Translations under genes and position numbers: made by a program | Assembly (NCBI GenBank): GCA_964016885.1 | Contig: OZ024751.1 | Coordinates: 15,624,001-15,688,000 of the forward strand | Origin: Eledone cirrhosa | Taxonomy: Eukaryota | Direction: 5' to 3' | Length of the DNA stretch: 64,000 nt | Part shown: piece by piece, positions 16,761 through 28,480 of the stretch | How positions within the stretch are numbered: the stretch's first letter is position 1 | Layout of the letters: each line of letters opens with the position of its first letter | Notes under the pieces: generated by a model | The model's input: only the letters and a program-made list of their open reading frames with translations | What the model was told of the DNA's origin: nothing | The model's database searches: none

Positions 16761-17106
16761 TTAATGTCGATATAATTCTTATATCAACATTATTTGGGCA
16801 TCCACTGATGAGGTTATAAGAGCCTGCCGTGTGTATAAAACTATGGATTATATACAAGTTCCTACATAACCTGGAAATAATTTATCCCAAATTGTAGAAA
16901 TCTTATAACAAAACGATCGTCTGGAAGGAAAGAGATATTTATTTAATAATGTCTCATATAAAATAATACAACCAGCTATCCACGGAATACTGATTAGTTA
17001 GCACCCCAAACACTAAATTGGGAGAATACTTATTTTCCAGTATACTGTAAATAATATTACTAAACAACATGTATTTAATACTGATAATATGTGAAATTAA
17101 TAGTTA

Positions 17107-17731
17107 TCTATATATATAAAACTGAGGATGTCTGTGTGTGTGTGTGTTGTGAGTTTGAATCCCTAAAACTCGAGAAGTACCCAACCGATTTTTTCAAACT
17201 TTACATGTGTATTACTTATATTTCAGGGAGTGTTATGCACATAAAAAATTCAACTTTTTGATCCCCTAGGGCATTAGGTGAAAAACTGCGTTTTTTCAGG
17301 TTTTTAGGTTTTTTTTTAGTCTTTACGTCAGACTGATTTTCTTGAAATTGTAACTATGTATTAGTCAGTCTCTTCTTCATACCGTGAGCAAAGAAAATCC
17401 AACTTTTTTATGGCCTAGGTGAAAAACTTCATTTTTTCAGCTTTTTAGGGCTTTTTGGAGGCGTTACGTCTAGCCGATTTTCCCGAAATTTCAAGGCATA
17501 TTATGCACATAAAATGAATTCATTTTCTTGATCCACTAGGGTCCGCATTAGGTGAAAACCTGCATTTTTCCTGCTTCATTGAGGAAAATCTTAAAGATTA
17601 TCCAGCCATTAGGGTATTCGGTTTATTTTCTTTACATATTGTCCACGCATGCAGTTTTTCCACGATTAGGTCTGTTGGCGGCCCGCGTTCCAAAATACCT
17701 CATCCCGTGCAACGCCGGGTACCACTGCTAG
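17107..17731 (+). mobile_element. Non-autonomous Helitron
   Basis: 5' A|TCTATATATATAAAA followed by a (TG)n tract. 3' hairpin CCCG-TGCAACGC-CGGG then CTAG|T; A/T target without TSD; three internal ~130-bp subrepeats. Confidence 0.85.
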
Positions 17732-18034
17732 TAGAAATATAAATGATTTTTTTTCAAGAAGTAATTTTCCAGCTTCTAATGTTAATCTTAACTGTTGCCA
17801 TAAGCACAACAGGCTCATTAGCTACAGATAGTGAGGTAGTACAGTAATGGAAACAACATAGATGTTCTATATCAAAATAGATCGTTACTCTATTACTCTA
17901 TTAGAATAGATCAGCCAATCGTGAAATATGATTCCGGGGTGGGGTGGGGGGTGGGTCAAAACATCAGCCAAAATATTTCTGAGAGAATGTTATTACATGA
18001 AAAATAGTAACTCAAATAAGTTCCCCTAATCCTA

Positions 18035-18072
<38 letters not shown>

Positions 18073-18222
18073 CGAACGAAATGTGGTAAGGAACCAGGTG
18101 GACCATAACGCACCAAAGTACTCAATACTTGAGGTAGTAGAGTGGATAATAGGAACCAGTAAGACCCCGACAGCTGAGCTCAAGCCGTTTCGACGGCTAA
18201 TTCTGGACTCTATATATATATA

Positions 18223-18371
18223 TAAAGAAAAAGAGATGAAATTGAAAATGCAACTGAAGTCTTAAAAAAAATAAGACTTCAGTTGCATTTTCGATTTCAT
18301 CTCTTTTTCTTTATACTTCCACTCATGTAGGACACCTCGGTTATTTTTCATTTTGTAAAAAAAAACCTCAC

Positions 18372-18378
<7 letters not shown>
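18223..18378. mobile_element. Short fold-back copy of the 18800-19187 element
   Basis: ~40-bp inverted arms plus the same 3' tail (GTAGGACACCTCGGTTATT...CTCACTTTCTAA); (TA)n on both sides. Confidence 0.85.
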
Positions 18379-18435
<57 letters not shown>

Positions 18436-18442
18436 TTATATA

Positions 18443-18506
<64 letters not shown>

Positions 18507-18667
18507 TATATATATATTTATATATATATGTATATATATTTATATATATATGTATATATATATATGTATATATATATATACATACATATATGTATATACA
18601 TACACATATATATATATACACATACATACATATATATATATTTATATATATACATACATATATACAT

Positions 18668-18699
<32 letters not shown>

Positions 18700-18768
18700 G
18701 TGTTGCTATTAAGTTAGACATAGCTATTACAGACACTACTGGCTGAAACCTATCAAAGTTTTATATAC

Positions 18769-18800
<32 letters not shown>

Positions 18801-18888
18801 AAGAAAAAGAGATGAAATCGAAAATGCAACTGAAGTCTTATTTTTTTTATTTTTTTTTATTTTTTTAAATATATATATTTATTTGGTT

Positions 18889-18926
18889 CCTTTACCGGTT
18901 TCGCAGTTCTTCTGCTTTTCAAAAGG
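18889..18926 (-). ncRNA. Type I hammerhead ribozyme, U3-A8 variant (left arm)
   Basis: Reverse complement of 19002-19039. Confidence 0.75.
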
Positions 18927-19001
18927 TGAGTTGAGATGGAGGGTCTGTGGTTTTTCTCACATCTGATGTGAGAAAAACCACAGACCCTCCATCTCAAATC
19001 A

Positions 19002-19039
19002 CCTTTTGAAAAGCAGAAGAACTGCGAAACCGGTAAAGG
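19002..19039 (+). ncRNA. Type I hammerhead ribozyme, U3-A8 variant
   Basis: CCUU-UUGAAAA-GCAG(AAGAA)CUGC-GAAACCGGUA-AAGG; palindromic ACCGGU stem III, GUA triplet. Confidence 0.78.
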
Positions 19040-19179
19040 AACCAAATAAATATATATATTTAAAAAAAAAAAAAAAAAAATAAGACTTCAGTTGCATTTT
19101 CGATTTCATCTCTTTTTCTTTATACTTTCACTCGTGTAGGACACCTCGGTTATTTTTCATTTCGTAAAAAAAACCTCAC

Positions 19180-19216
<37 letters not shown>

Positions 19217-19220
<4 letters not shown>

Positions 19221-19664
19221 AAAGAATAGAGGTGTAACACACAAGTTATTATATATTGGTAAACGGAATAGAAAATGCTGACAAATTGTTCACAGTTGAA
19301 AAATGGTTTAATTAGGAATAAAAGAGTATTAGTGATTGTATGGGTTAGTATTCACATGACCTCTACCGACCAATCAAAATTGTTTTGACCACAAGAATTT
19401 TTGCAACACCAAAGTAACGCTGGAGCCACTTTTTAAACATAAAAACAGGTAGAATTCCCAAAACTAATCAGATCAGAGCAAACAGCACGGACACTCTATC
19501 TCAAAATTATGTTTGAAAAGCATTTAGAAATGCGCAACCGGTAAAAACTTAAAAACTTAAAACCACAACTGAATACTAACCCATACAATCACTAATACTC
19601 TTTTATTCCTAATTAAACCATTTTTCAACTGTGAACAATTTGTCAGCATTTTCTATTCCGTTTA

Positions 19665-19670
<6 letters not shown>
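19217..19670. mobile_element. Fold-back mini-element with ~100-bp inverted termini and a decayed U3-A8 HHR
   Basis: 19253-19354 is inverted at 19570-19670. Internal UUGAAAA-GCAUUU(AG)AAAUGC-GCAACCGGUA at 19513-19543; (TA)n flanks. Confidence 0.8.
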
Positions 19671-19714
<44 letters not shown>

Positions 19715-19717
<3 letters not shown>

Positions 19718-19925
19718 ATAATAATAAATTTGAAGACTAAAATCGAAAGAGGGCTCGATAAGGAAAATATATATAAGAACCGTAGAGCAAATATATATTA
19801 AAATAACAGATTAAAGTTTAAGCAAAGAATCGCTGCTTTCACCCTTAACGGGATCTTCAGAAGATCCCGTTAAGGGTGAAAGCACCGATTCTTTGCTTAA
19901 ACTTTAATCTGTTATTTTAATAAAT
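19715..19925. mobile_element. Palindromic mini-element centred on an HHR-like core
   Basis: ~64-bp arms around A19859 (GATCTTC-A-GAAGATC). Arms read GAAGA-UCCC(GUUAA)GGGU-GAAA. Same family at 44870-45052 and 61826-61897. Confidence 0.85.
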
Positions 19926-19979
19926 AAATAAATATATATATATATATATATATATAAAACCAAACAGGTCCTCAGTAAT

Positions 19980-20102
19980 TTTATTCTGATGAAATGACAG
20001 TAGATAATAACATTGAAATATTGAATGTCTGCATAACTAATACTTTGTAGATAGCAGCTGTTTTCAGGTTATGTAACTGTTATAGAAACACGTGTCAATA
20101 AA
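19980..20102 (+). ncRNA. Type I hammerhead ribozyme with a 92-nt stem II domain
   Basis: UUUAUU-CUGAUGA-AAUGACAGU...ACUGUUAUA-GAAACACGUGUC-AAUAAA. 6-bp stem I, palindromic ACACGUGU, GUC triplet. Confidence 0.85.
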
Positions 20103-20248
20103 TTCCTTTCAACTAAACTGTATCCATTCAAATCTTTCTATCTTTCTCCGGATTACTTTTGGAACTACAACTGGAACCGTCGAGCAAACTCTACGTGAGC
20201 TGTCAATCTACTGTGTGTAATATTTATATTACAACACAACGGAAAATA

Positions 20249-20327
<79 letters not shown>

Positions 20328-20508
20328 TGTGCGTGAGTGTTTGTTTTCTGGTTCATTTCAATTGGCACAGATTGAACAAGTTGGGCCTACGGGTATGGCT
20401 CCGTTGAAGCAGCTTGCCCTAATAATTATCTTAAACTCATCCTACATACTTGAGTTGCTCTATACCTTGTGTATTTTTACTAAATTACACACACACATAC
20501 TCTCCCTC

Positions 20509-20570
<62 letters not shown>

Positions 20571-21027
20571 TATATAATTGTTTATGCAATGAGATACCAC
20601 ATCTATGACAGCTGATTTGCATAATGTTGAGTGGTTTAATTTATTACATCACGGTTTACTAACTGGAGTGATTAGTTTTACCTGTTGGTAAACTACACAA
20701 CATAAAGGGTACACACACACGCACACACATATATATATATTTATGAGTCCTGGGTCCAATCGGGGGTAACCACAGAAAGTAAGGCACTCATTACATTAGT
20801 AGAGTGTATACAACAAATTTAATATAGAAATGGCTTTTACATGACTAGAACTGTTTCATTCGAAGGAAATCACCAAGAAAAACCTTTTCCTAATTATTTC
20901 CTTCAAATGTTCTAGTTCCATTAAATTGTGTTATATACATATATTTGATCATCGAACATTTGTGTATTTATATGTAGGTATGTGTGTGCGCTTGTTATAT
21001 ACGTATTTATTTATTTATATACGTTTA

Positions 21028-21099
<72 letters not shown>

Positions 21100-21161
21100 A
21101 AAATGGAACGGGAACAAAACAGAGAGGCAGTACCAACAAAGGTTTATTAGTTTCACGGTCT

Positions 21162-21226
<65 letters not shown>

Positions 21227-21231
<5 letters not shown>

Positions 21232-21370
21232 TGTGAGAAAAACCACAGACCCTACATCTCAACTCTACTTTTGAAAAGCAGAAGAACTGCGAAACCGGTA
21301 AAGGAACCAAATAAATATATATATTTAAAAAAAAAAAGACTCCAGTTGCATTTTCGATTTCATCTTTTCT

Positions 21371-21374
<4 letters not shown>
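21227..21374 (+). mobile_element. Third copy of the 18800 family with a U3-A8 HHR (21268-21303)
   Basis: GATGTGAGAAAAACCACAGACCC...CTTTTGAAAAGCAGAAGAACTGCGAAACCGGTAAAGG; embedded in (TA)n. Confidence 0.85.
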
Positions 21375-21437
<63 letters not shown>

Positions 21438-21440
<3 letters not shown>

Positions 21441-21560
21441 TGAATTTGTTTAGCAAGATTCTCTATCTGAAAACGTGTGTTGAAACCGATATTGTTATAC
21501 TTTGGGAGGGTCAATAAGAAACACACGCAGCAGTTGATTTCACTCCAATTTATTATAAAT
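21438..21560 (-). mobile_element. PLE terminal fragment (shared terminus family)
   Basis: GTGTGTTGAAACCGATATTGTTATACTTTGGGAGGGTCA matches 47720-47760 and 3439-3590. Confidence 0.7.
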
Positions 21561-22433
21561 TAAATTTATAAATTTAAGAATTTATAAATTTCCGGTTGGT
21601 TGGTTGGTTCCACAACCGGACGGTTGTTCATATATTGTCAAAGTTCTTTCGTCACACATTCTGTGACCTCTTCAGTGACTGGGGATTCTTTTCTTTGTTT
21701 TGTGCCTCTCCTTTGTTCTGTCCCACGCCATCTTGTATATATATATTGTTACAGCTTATCGTTTTCTTTTAATCATGTTTGATATCCATATCCATGTATA
21801 TATATACACGTATACATTCTAAAAAGAGGTTATATGGTGGACGCGTCTAAAAGGGCTGAGGTCGGACACCTTTCTTTCCGGCCAACAACTGGTCCTTTTC
21901 TTCCGATACCATTTCGGAAGAAGGATCAGGATGGAGAGAGAGGTGCTCTACTCCAGCCAGTTTTATGAATGGTGGGTGAAAGTTGCGAGAATGGCCCGTG
22001 TGAATGGGCCTTCTCTCTACCTCAGCCTGTAGGTGGAAAAGGAAGAAGGGAGCACCATCTCTTTGTGCTCCCGTGGAGAAGGGTCGCACATTTTTTTCGG
22101 GGGTGTGTGTGACCCCAAAACGACCCCTCCCTATTGAGGACCTTCTTGTTACAATTTTATTTATTACATTTTTCTTACTCGATTTATATGTACCCCTCCC
22201 CCCATATACATGTCCCTTTCTTTTGTGCCCTAGTGGCAAATAAACAAATTTATATGTAATATTAGAGGCTTTGAATAGTTGATAATGTTTACATATCTTA
22301 GTGGATTCGTTTCTCAACTAAGGCATCTGATTCAAAGATGGTTGTTGTATCTACCTTAAACGTACATTAAATCCTCAAATCTGAACTATGTTCTAGCATG
22401 TCTCTCTCTTTCTCTCTAAGCTATCTTCTAGTA

Positions 22434-22476
<43 letters not shown>

Positions 22477-22691
22477 GTGTATATATATGGGATAACTCCG
22501 ACATAAAACCTGCGGCTCAGTAGTTACCGATGATGTTGATCTCTTCTTGTCACTCAGAGAGTGGCATTGACTCAGTGCACAGTCTTTCCTCACTTAAAAT
22601 CTTCACGCACAGGCATTGCACGATAGAATTAATTAATAATTATTAATAATGGGATATCGTGCAATGGCCATACTCGATAGCAAGGTGGCAA

Positions 22692-22764
<73 letters not shown>

Positions 22765-22870
22765 GAAAATGAACGAACAACACAGGAGGTAATTGTGCAC
22801 AGTTATATTAGGTTGAGAGAGAGACAGATTGATAGATAGAGAGCATGAGAGAGAGAGAGAGAGAGTGAGT

Positions 22871-22957
<87 letters not shown>

Positions 22958-24216
22958 TGAACGAAATCGAATTCGAAACCAGATTGTTGAACGAACGTCT
23001 TAACCTCACACCCATGTATATATATTGTTCGGTCAGTTCTGTTGGTTGCGGTGTGTCGTTTATAGAGGATCAGTTAGCTGAGAAGGAAAAGAGAACGAGG
23101 AGAAGGTGATGGAGAAAATAAAACAAGAGAAACTAACAACCAACTTTTAACTCTCTGTATAAATCATGTAAATCAATAGCGCGACAATGAAATAGATGTC
23201 ACTCCCAAGGGAAATAAATCATACAATTATTCCAATAACCAACAAGTTTTCAGTGAAAAGCAACCCATCTATAGCGTGGTTTATTGAACTGATCTCATAA
23301 ACAAAATGGAAGAAAATGAAAACGAAATACTAGAACAGTAATGTTCTCAATTATATATAACATGTCGGCTATTGACAGTTTCTGTTCCGCCATTTTATAC
23401 TTTTTCTTTTTCAGAATGTGATAATAGATATATTAGTTCACACATTAGTCTTTTTCATTTTCTGGCAGCTTTCACACTATATTCATTGTATCCAATAATA
23501 GTTTGGCACCGAGTCTTAATAATTGATTGGGTAGATAGGTGACGTAAACAAAACAGGTAAAATTAGGGCTCCGTCGTAATACATGGCATGTCTTGGGTAT
23601 TTAACTCTCTAGCATTTCCATTACTCTATATGTGACATCATATGTGACATCATGCCAATTCATGTAATATAATTGTTTCTACTTTTAGCACGAGGCCAGC
23701 AATCAAAACAGGCAAAATAGGTCCACGTGTATAAAATGTCTTTAGCATATTGTGATATGACACTGTATATAGCAGATGTATTTCGTGAATTTGATTAAGG
23801 AATATTTATAGTGAAAATATTTAGAAAAGATAATCTGGAATTTTCTATTCAAATGTCAACTCTCGCCTTTGAGTTGATATTACATGGAATATATTTCAGT
23901 AACATTTCCGTGAAGTAATGTGAAGGTTATCATGAAAAACTTTCAATTTGTATTGATAACATATCACTTTCATGAACCGAAGCTTTGGGTTTAGCATACA
24001 TTCTTTGTAAATATTAAACCGAAATTTAACAAAGAGGAAAATGGCGAAAAAAACTTAATTATTGTGTAAGTCATTAATAAATCTAAATGAAATGAATAAA
24101 TATATATCAAAGAATATTTTATAAATATACATACAACATACAAAAATACTGATAAACATACAATCGATCAAAGTAATGAATTTAATATACATTTCATTTA
24201 AAAGAATAAAACTGTA

Positions 24217-24281
<65 letters not shown>

Positions 24282-24317
24282 GTTTTTTTTGGGGGGGTCT
24301 ATGTATATTATATAACA

Positions 24318-24460
24318 TTGCAGCATAGTTACGTCCCTTTACGGGAGTTCAAAGCCCGTCGAGGTTAACTTTGCCTTTCATCCTTACGGGGTCGATAAAA
24401 TAAAGTACCAGTAATGTACTGGGTAATTGCTGGCCTTGTGCCAAAAGTAGAAACAATTAT
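24318..24460 (+). mobile_element. Nin/Deu-domain SINE
   Basis: GAGTTCAAAGCCCGTCGAGGTTAACTTTGCCTTTCATCCTTACGGGGTCGATAAAATAAAGTACCAG. Confidence 0.85.
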
Positions 24461-24641
24461 ATATATATATATATATGTAGAGGTTATATTTAATTTGTTG
24501 GGATACAACAAGCAAAATATTTTTATAACTGATATAAAGCACTCAACAAATTAATTGGAGTAAATATACAAATGGAAACAATATTGAAGGTTGCATTTTT
24601 CAGGGTATGTCAATATTTATTTATAAAACTAATCTATATTA

Positions 24642-24707
24642 TATTTTATCTGATGAAAGCGCACCATAATCTGCCTTGGTGGCCCTTGAAATATGTATAA
24701 TGAAATA
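24642..24707 (+). ncRNA. Type I hammerhead ribozyme
   Basis: UAUUUUAU-CUGAUGA-AAGCGCACCA...UGGUGGCCCUU-GAAAUAUGUAUA-AUGAAAUA. 8-bp stem I, AUA triplet. Lies in the TA-flanked island 24480-24745, which has imperfect inverted arms. Confidence 0.82.
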
Positions 24708-24964
24708 AATATGGTTTTATAAATATAGTTTCCATTTGTTAATATATATATATATATATATATAAATCAGGATGGATTCAGTTAGAAACTGGTTAGACCT
24801 TCACTCACCAGAGTACTCAATACTTGTGGTAGTAGAGTATGGTTATATTATATATAAAATATGTCGTAGTTTAACATTGATATATTTATACTGGACAGTT
24901 CGAACTCCAATTACTATATATTTACATAACGACAGAAATAGATTGATTATTGTCAATAGAAAAT

Positions 24965-25183
24965 GGTGGCCGGTTGATTGGCAGTATGGGTAGAACTCCA
25001 GACCACATATTTTGCGGTATATAGTTACATTCTTTTACGTTTTGAATTCACATTCCACCGAGCTTAGCTTAGCTTTTATTTCTTATGAAGGTCGATAAAT
25101 AAAGTATCAGTAACGCACTGGAGTCGATTTCATCGACTTACTTTTCAAATTGCTGGCCTTGTACCAAAACATAGAAGCCATTA
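24965..25183 (+). mobile_element. Nin/Deu-domain SINE (diverged, near full length)
   Basis: TTGGCAGTATGGGTAGA head, GGTCGATAAATAAAGTATCAG core, TTGCTGGCCTTGTACC tail. Confidence 0.75.
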
Positions 25184-26393
25184 TTGTTCGCAGAAAATGG
25201 CGACCGGTGGCTGTATTTAAAAGCTGTTATGAGGATGTGTTAGAATACATCAATACCTCGTTGTTTATAGCACCAAGATCGAATCATTCTTTCATACGAG
25301 AATGATTAAATGATCGATTTATTAGTGATTCGAGACAGTAAGTAGTGGAAGAGAGAAACTTTAAGAACTTCTCTGTAACAAGTATACTTTCCCTCTTATA
25401 CAATCTAATGAATAAGTTAATTCACACGCCGCAGCCAATGAGAAATATATTGATGATATCCCTGCGTTTCTCAACTATATCGTGTTGGAATTTAAAGACT
25501 GCTTAATTTGACGTGACAAATCGTCAGTGGAGTTATTCGGAGACTTTGTAGTTAATACCGTTTATATGGTATTGAAATAACTACAACGGCTTATTCGATA
25601 TCAGGTGACTTTATATAAAAATAACTGTTCTGTGGTAAGATTAATGTAATTTTGAATGTTACAAGTATAAGCGAATGTAATATAATTTATAAAAACCTCA
25701 AATTACAGGCTCCATTGGCAGAATTGGTGATGGTTTGGGGCGGTTTGGGAGTGGCGTAGAACCACAGTCAAACATAACGAACAAAGAAGCTTATTAAACA
25801 AATTAAATGCGCATTTACTTGGTAGATTTTGAAGTCTGCAGCTCGTAGCAAAAATAGAGAATAATTCTGCTATACACAGATCTTGTACATCTAAATCAAT
25901 CTTTTCGCCAATGAAGAATTATTTTCAAGTGGACAGCTCTAGCAACAGTATCATTTAATATATACCACTTATAACCGTTCTAAAAGTGAATCATGGCCAT
26001 GCTTTCATGTGTGTAACTGCTAGCAACATCCGTAATACTTACGAATTAGAGCTAATTTAACTATGAGTCCTGTCAGTAATCCTGCCTTTCCACAGTTCAC
26101 AGCCGCTGACAGGATCGGGGAATATTTATTACTACAAATGACAACCACTCATGTAGTCAATGTGTTACATTTCAAACTCACTGCTGCGTACAATACTGGA
26201 TAACAGTTAATCATATGCCTATATTATTTTGCTGGTTTCAGTCATTACACTGCGACCATGCTGGGGCACCACTTTAAAGGGATTTTAATCGATCATATCG
26301 GCTCCAGTTTGATACTTTTGTTATCGATCTTTAGTTGTCGAATTACTACGCTACCTGACATAAATACAGACAAATACATAAACACAAAGACAG

Positions 26394-26486
<93 letters not shown>

Positions 26487-26754
26487 GGCACACACAAATA
26501 TACACAAACACAAACAGACACACATACATGCGCACACATGCAGATACACACATACACACACAAACAGAAATACACAGAGTCACACACAGACATGCACAAA
26601 CACAAACACGCCCCAGATACACACATACACAGCTACAGTTGATGTGCCGTTTTTTTTTCAATAAAATGACTGGTTTTTTAAACAAACATTTATTAACAAC
26701 ACATATCTGAATGGCTGACAAACGTGACATCAATAAAATAGTAACCCCGTCTAC

Positions 26755-27005
26755 CTCTGAAGTTATGAACAGTTGGAAACGAGTTCATAACTTTGAAGTT
26801 ATGAACAGTTGGAAACGAGTTCATAACTTTGAAGTTATGAACAGTTGGAAAAGAGTTCATAACTTTGAAGTTATGAACAGTTGGAAACGAATCCATAACT
26901 TTGAAGTTATGAACAGTTGGAAAAGAGTTCATAACTTTGAAGTTATGAACTGTTGGAAACGAATCCATAACTTTAAAGTTATGAACAGATGGAAAAGAGT
27001 TCAAA
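26755..27005. repeat. 36-bp palindromic minisatellite, ~7 copies
   Basis: Unit GAAGTTATGAACAGTTGGAAACGAGTTCATAACTTT with internal inverted repeat AGTTATGAAC/GTTCATAACT; no spacers. Confidence 0.95.
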
Positions 27006-27446
27006 CATGTAAGGACGAGATAACTCTTTCGTGGCACTGGATTTCATACTTGTTAGGACCAGTTATCTCGCGTACGGCACTGAAGAGGTTAACATCATTT
27101 TGATTTGCTTCCAAACCTTTGCTCCATCATGTAGTTACTGGTTGCAAGTAACGTGAAATAATTCTGATCGAAACCGTAACGTTAAGTTACACTCCCCCCA
27201 CTCGTTAATTCTCTTCCACAGCTCTCCACAATTGATATACAGTAAATCCAATGTGAAAACCTCGCATTCTTATCAAGTACACAAAGGAAATCTATTCCTT
27301 TTCAACATGGCTGCCACATAACCTTTCGTTATATTTCTATCTTAACGAAACCATATCAACGATATTGAAAAACCAGACAAAACTGAGCGATCACACATTG
27401 TATGACACATAATTAATTCTTCGGTGCACGCACACATACACACACG

Positions 27447-27533
<87 letters not shown>

Positions 27534-27653
27534 ACATATATGCATACATATAAACACAGATTCACACACACAAACGTATATTCATTTATATATATTTATA
27601 AATATATATATGCACTCATATAGCTATATACATACATACACATTGACACACAC

Positions 27654-27702
<49 letters not shown>

Positions 27703-28059
27703 TATACATACGCACATAGACAGTCATAAATATAAAGATGGGAATTCACACTCACACATACATCTCTCTTTCTCTCTCTATATACACATATATATATACA
27801 TACGCTCATACACAGAAAATCAATCATAAACATAAACATGCTCACACACACACACACTCACACACATACATCTATATATATATATATATATACAGAAACA
27901 CACACACACACGTATATATATATACACAGAAACACAAACGTGAATACAGATAGGCGAAGTTTCATAGATATATATATATGTATACAATGATGGAAAACAA
28001 TGATGAGGAACAGGGTGAACTACCGTCCTAATTAGTATAGACAATAAAAGCTTTATAAT

Positions 28060-28480
28060 TCATTTAAACCTATGCAATTTCGAATAAATGAAAGGCCATA
28101 CATTATAACCAAAATCGATGCCTAATTTGGTTGTTTAATGCAACTAATTTGCCATAATTTGAATGATTCCTAATAATACAATATAACACTTAATTTTACG
28201 ATTAGCAAACGGTGGTAAAAGCATCTGATTTATATTCGGTAATGTTTTATAATAGGAAGATTACATGAGCAAGAACGGAGAGAAATATTCGTGAGATGAT
28301 GCAACATCTAGCGGAGATGATTGTCTTGTCTACAGTAATTAATGGAATCTGTAGAACTGCAGATGTTGCTTTAGTACCATAGTTAGATATATTTGCGTGT
28401 AACTTTATTATCAATGAAGAAGAGGTCATACTCGTGGAAAGGGACGAGCCCATGTAATCTACAGAATGCCATCGGCATAT
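28060..28480 (-). pseudogene. Possible decayed CR1-like RT C-terminal fragment
   Basis: Minus frame GSSLSTSMTSSSLIIKLHANISNY weakly resembles GP.LF..YINDL...KLFADD; heavily decayed. Confidence 0.35.

Larger units (their letters stand above)
18800..19187. mobile_element. Palindromic HHR-bearing mini-element (PLE pLTR-like)
   Basis: ~160-bp arms centred on T18964, an unpaired ~60-nt tail on the right, (TA)n flanks; each arm carries an HHR. Confidence 0.9.

Noticed and set aside
16795-16895. CUGAUGA-GGUUAU...AUAACC-UGGAAAU hammerhead candidate
   Set aside because: Stem II pairs, but stem I does not close next to the core; at best a decayed copy.
21847-22317. 156-aa minus-strand ORF, vaguely like a PLE endonuclease C-terminus
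   Set aside because: No GIY-YIG or other diagnostic motif is recognisable.
26711-27103. CRISPR-like 36-bp palindromic repeats / repeat protein ORF
   Set aside because: The units are contiguous with no unique spacers, there are no cas genes, and the context is eukaryotic.
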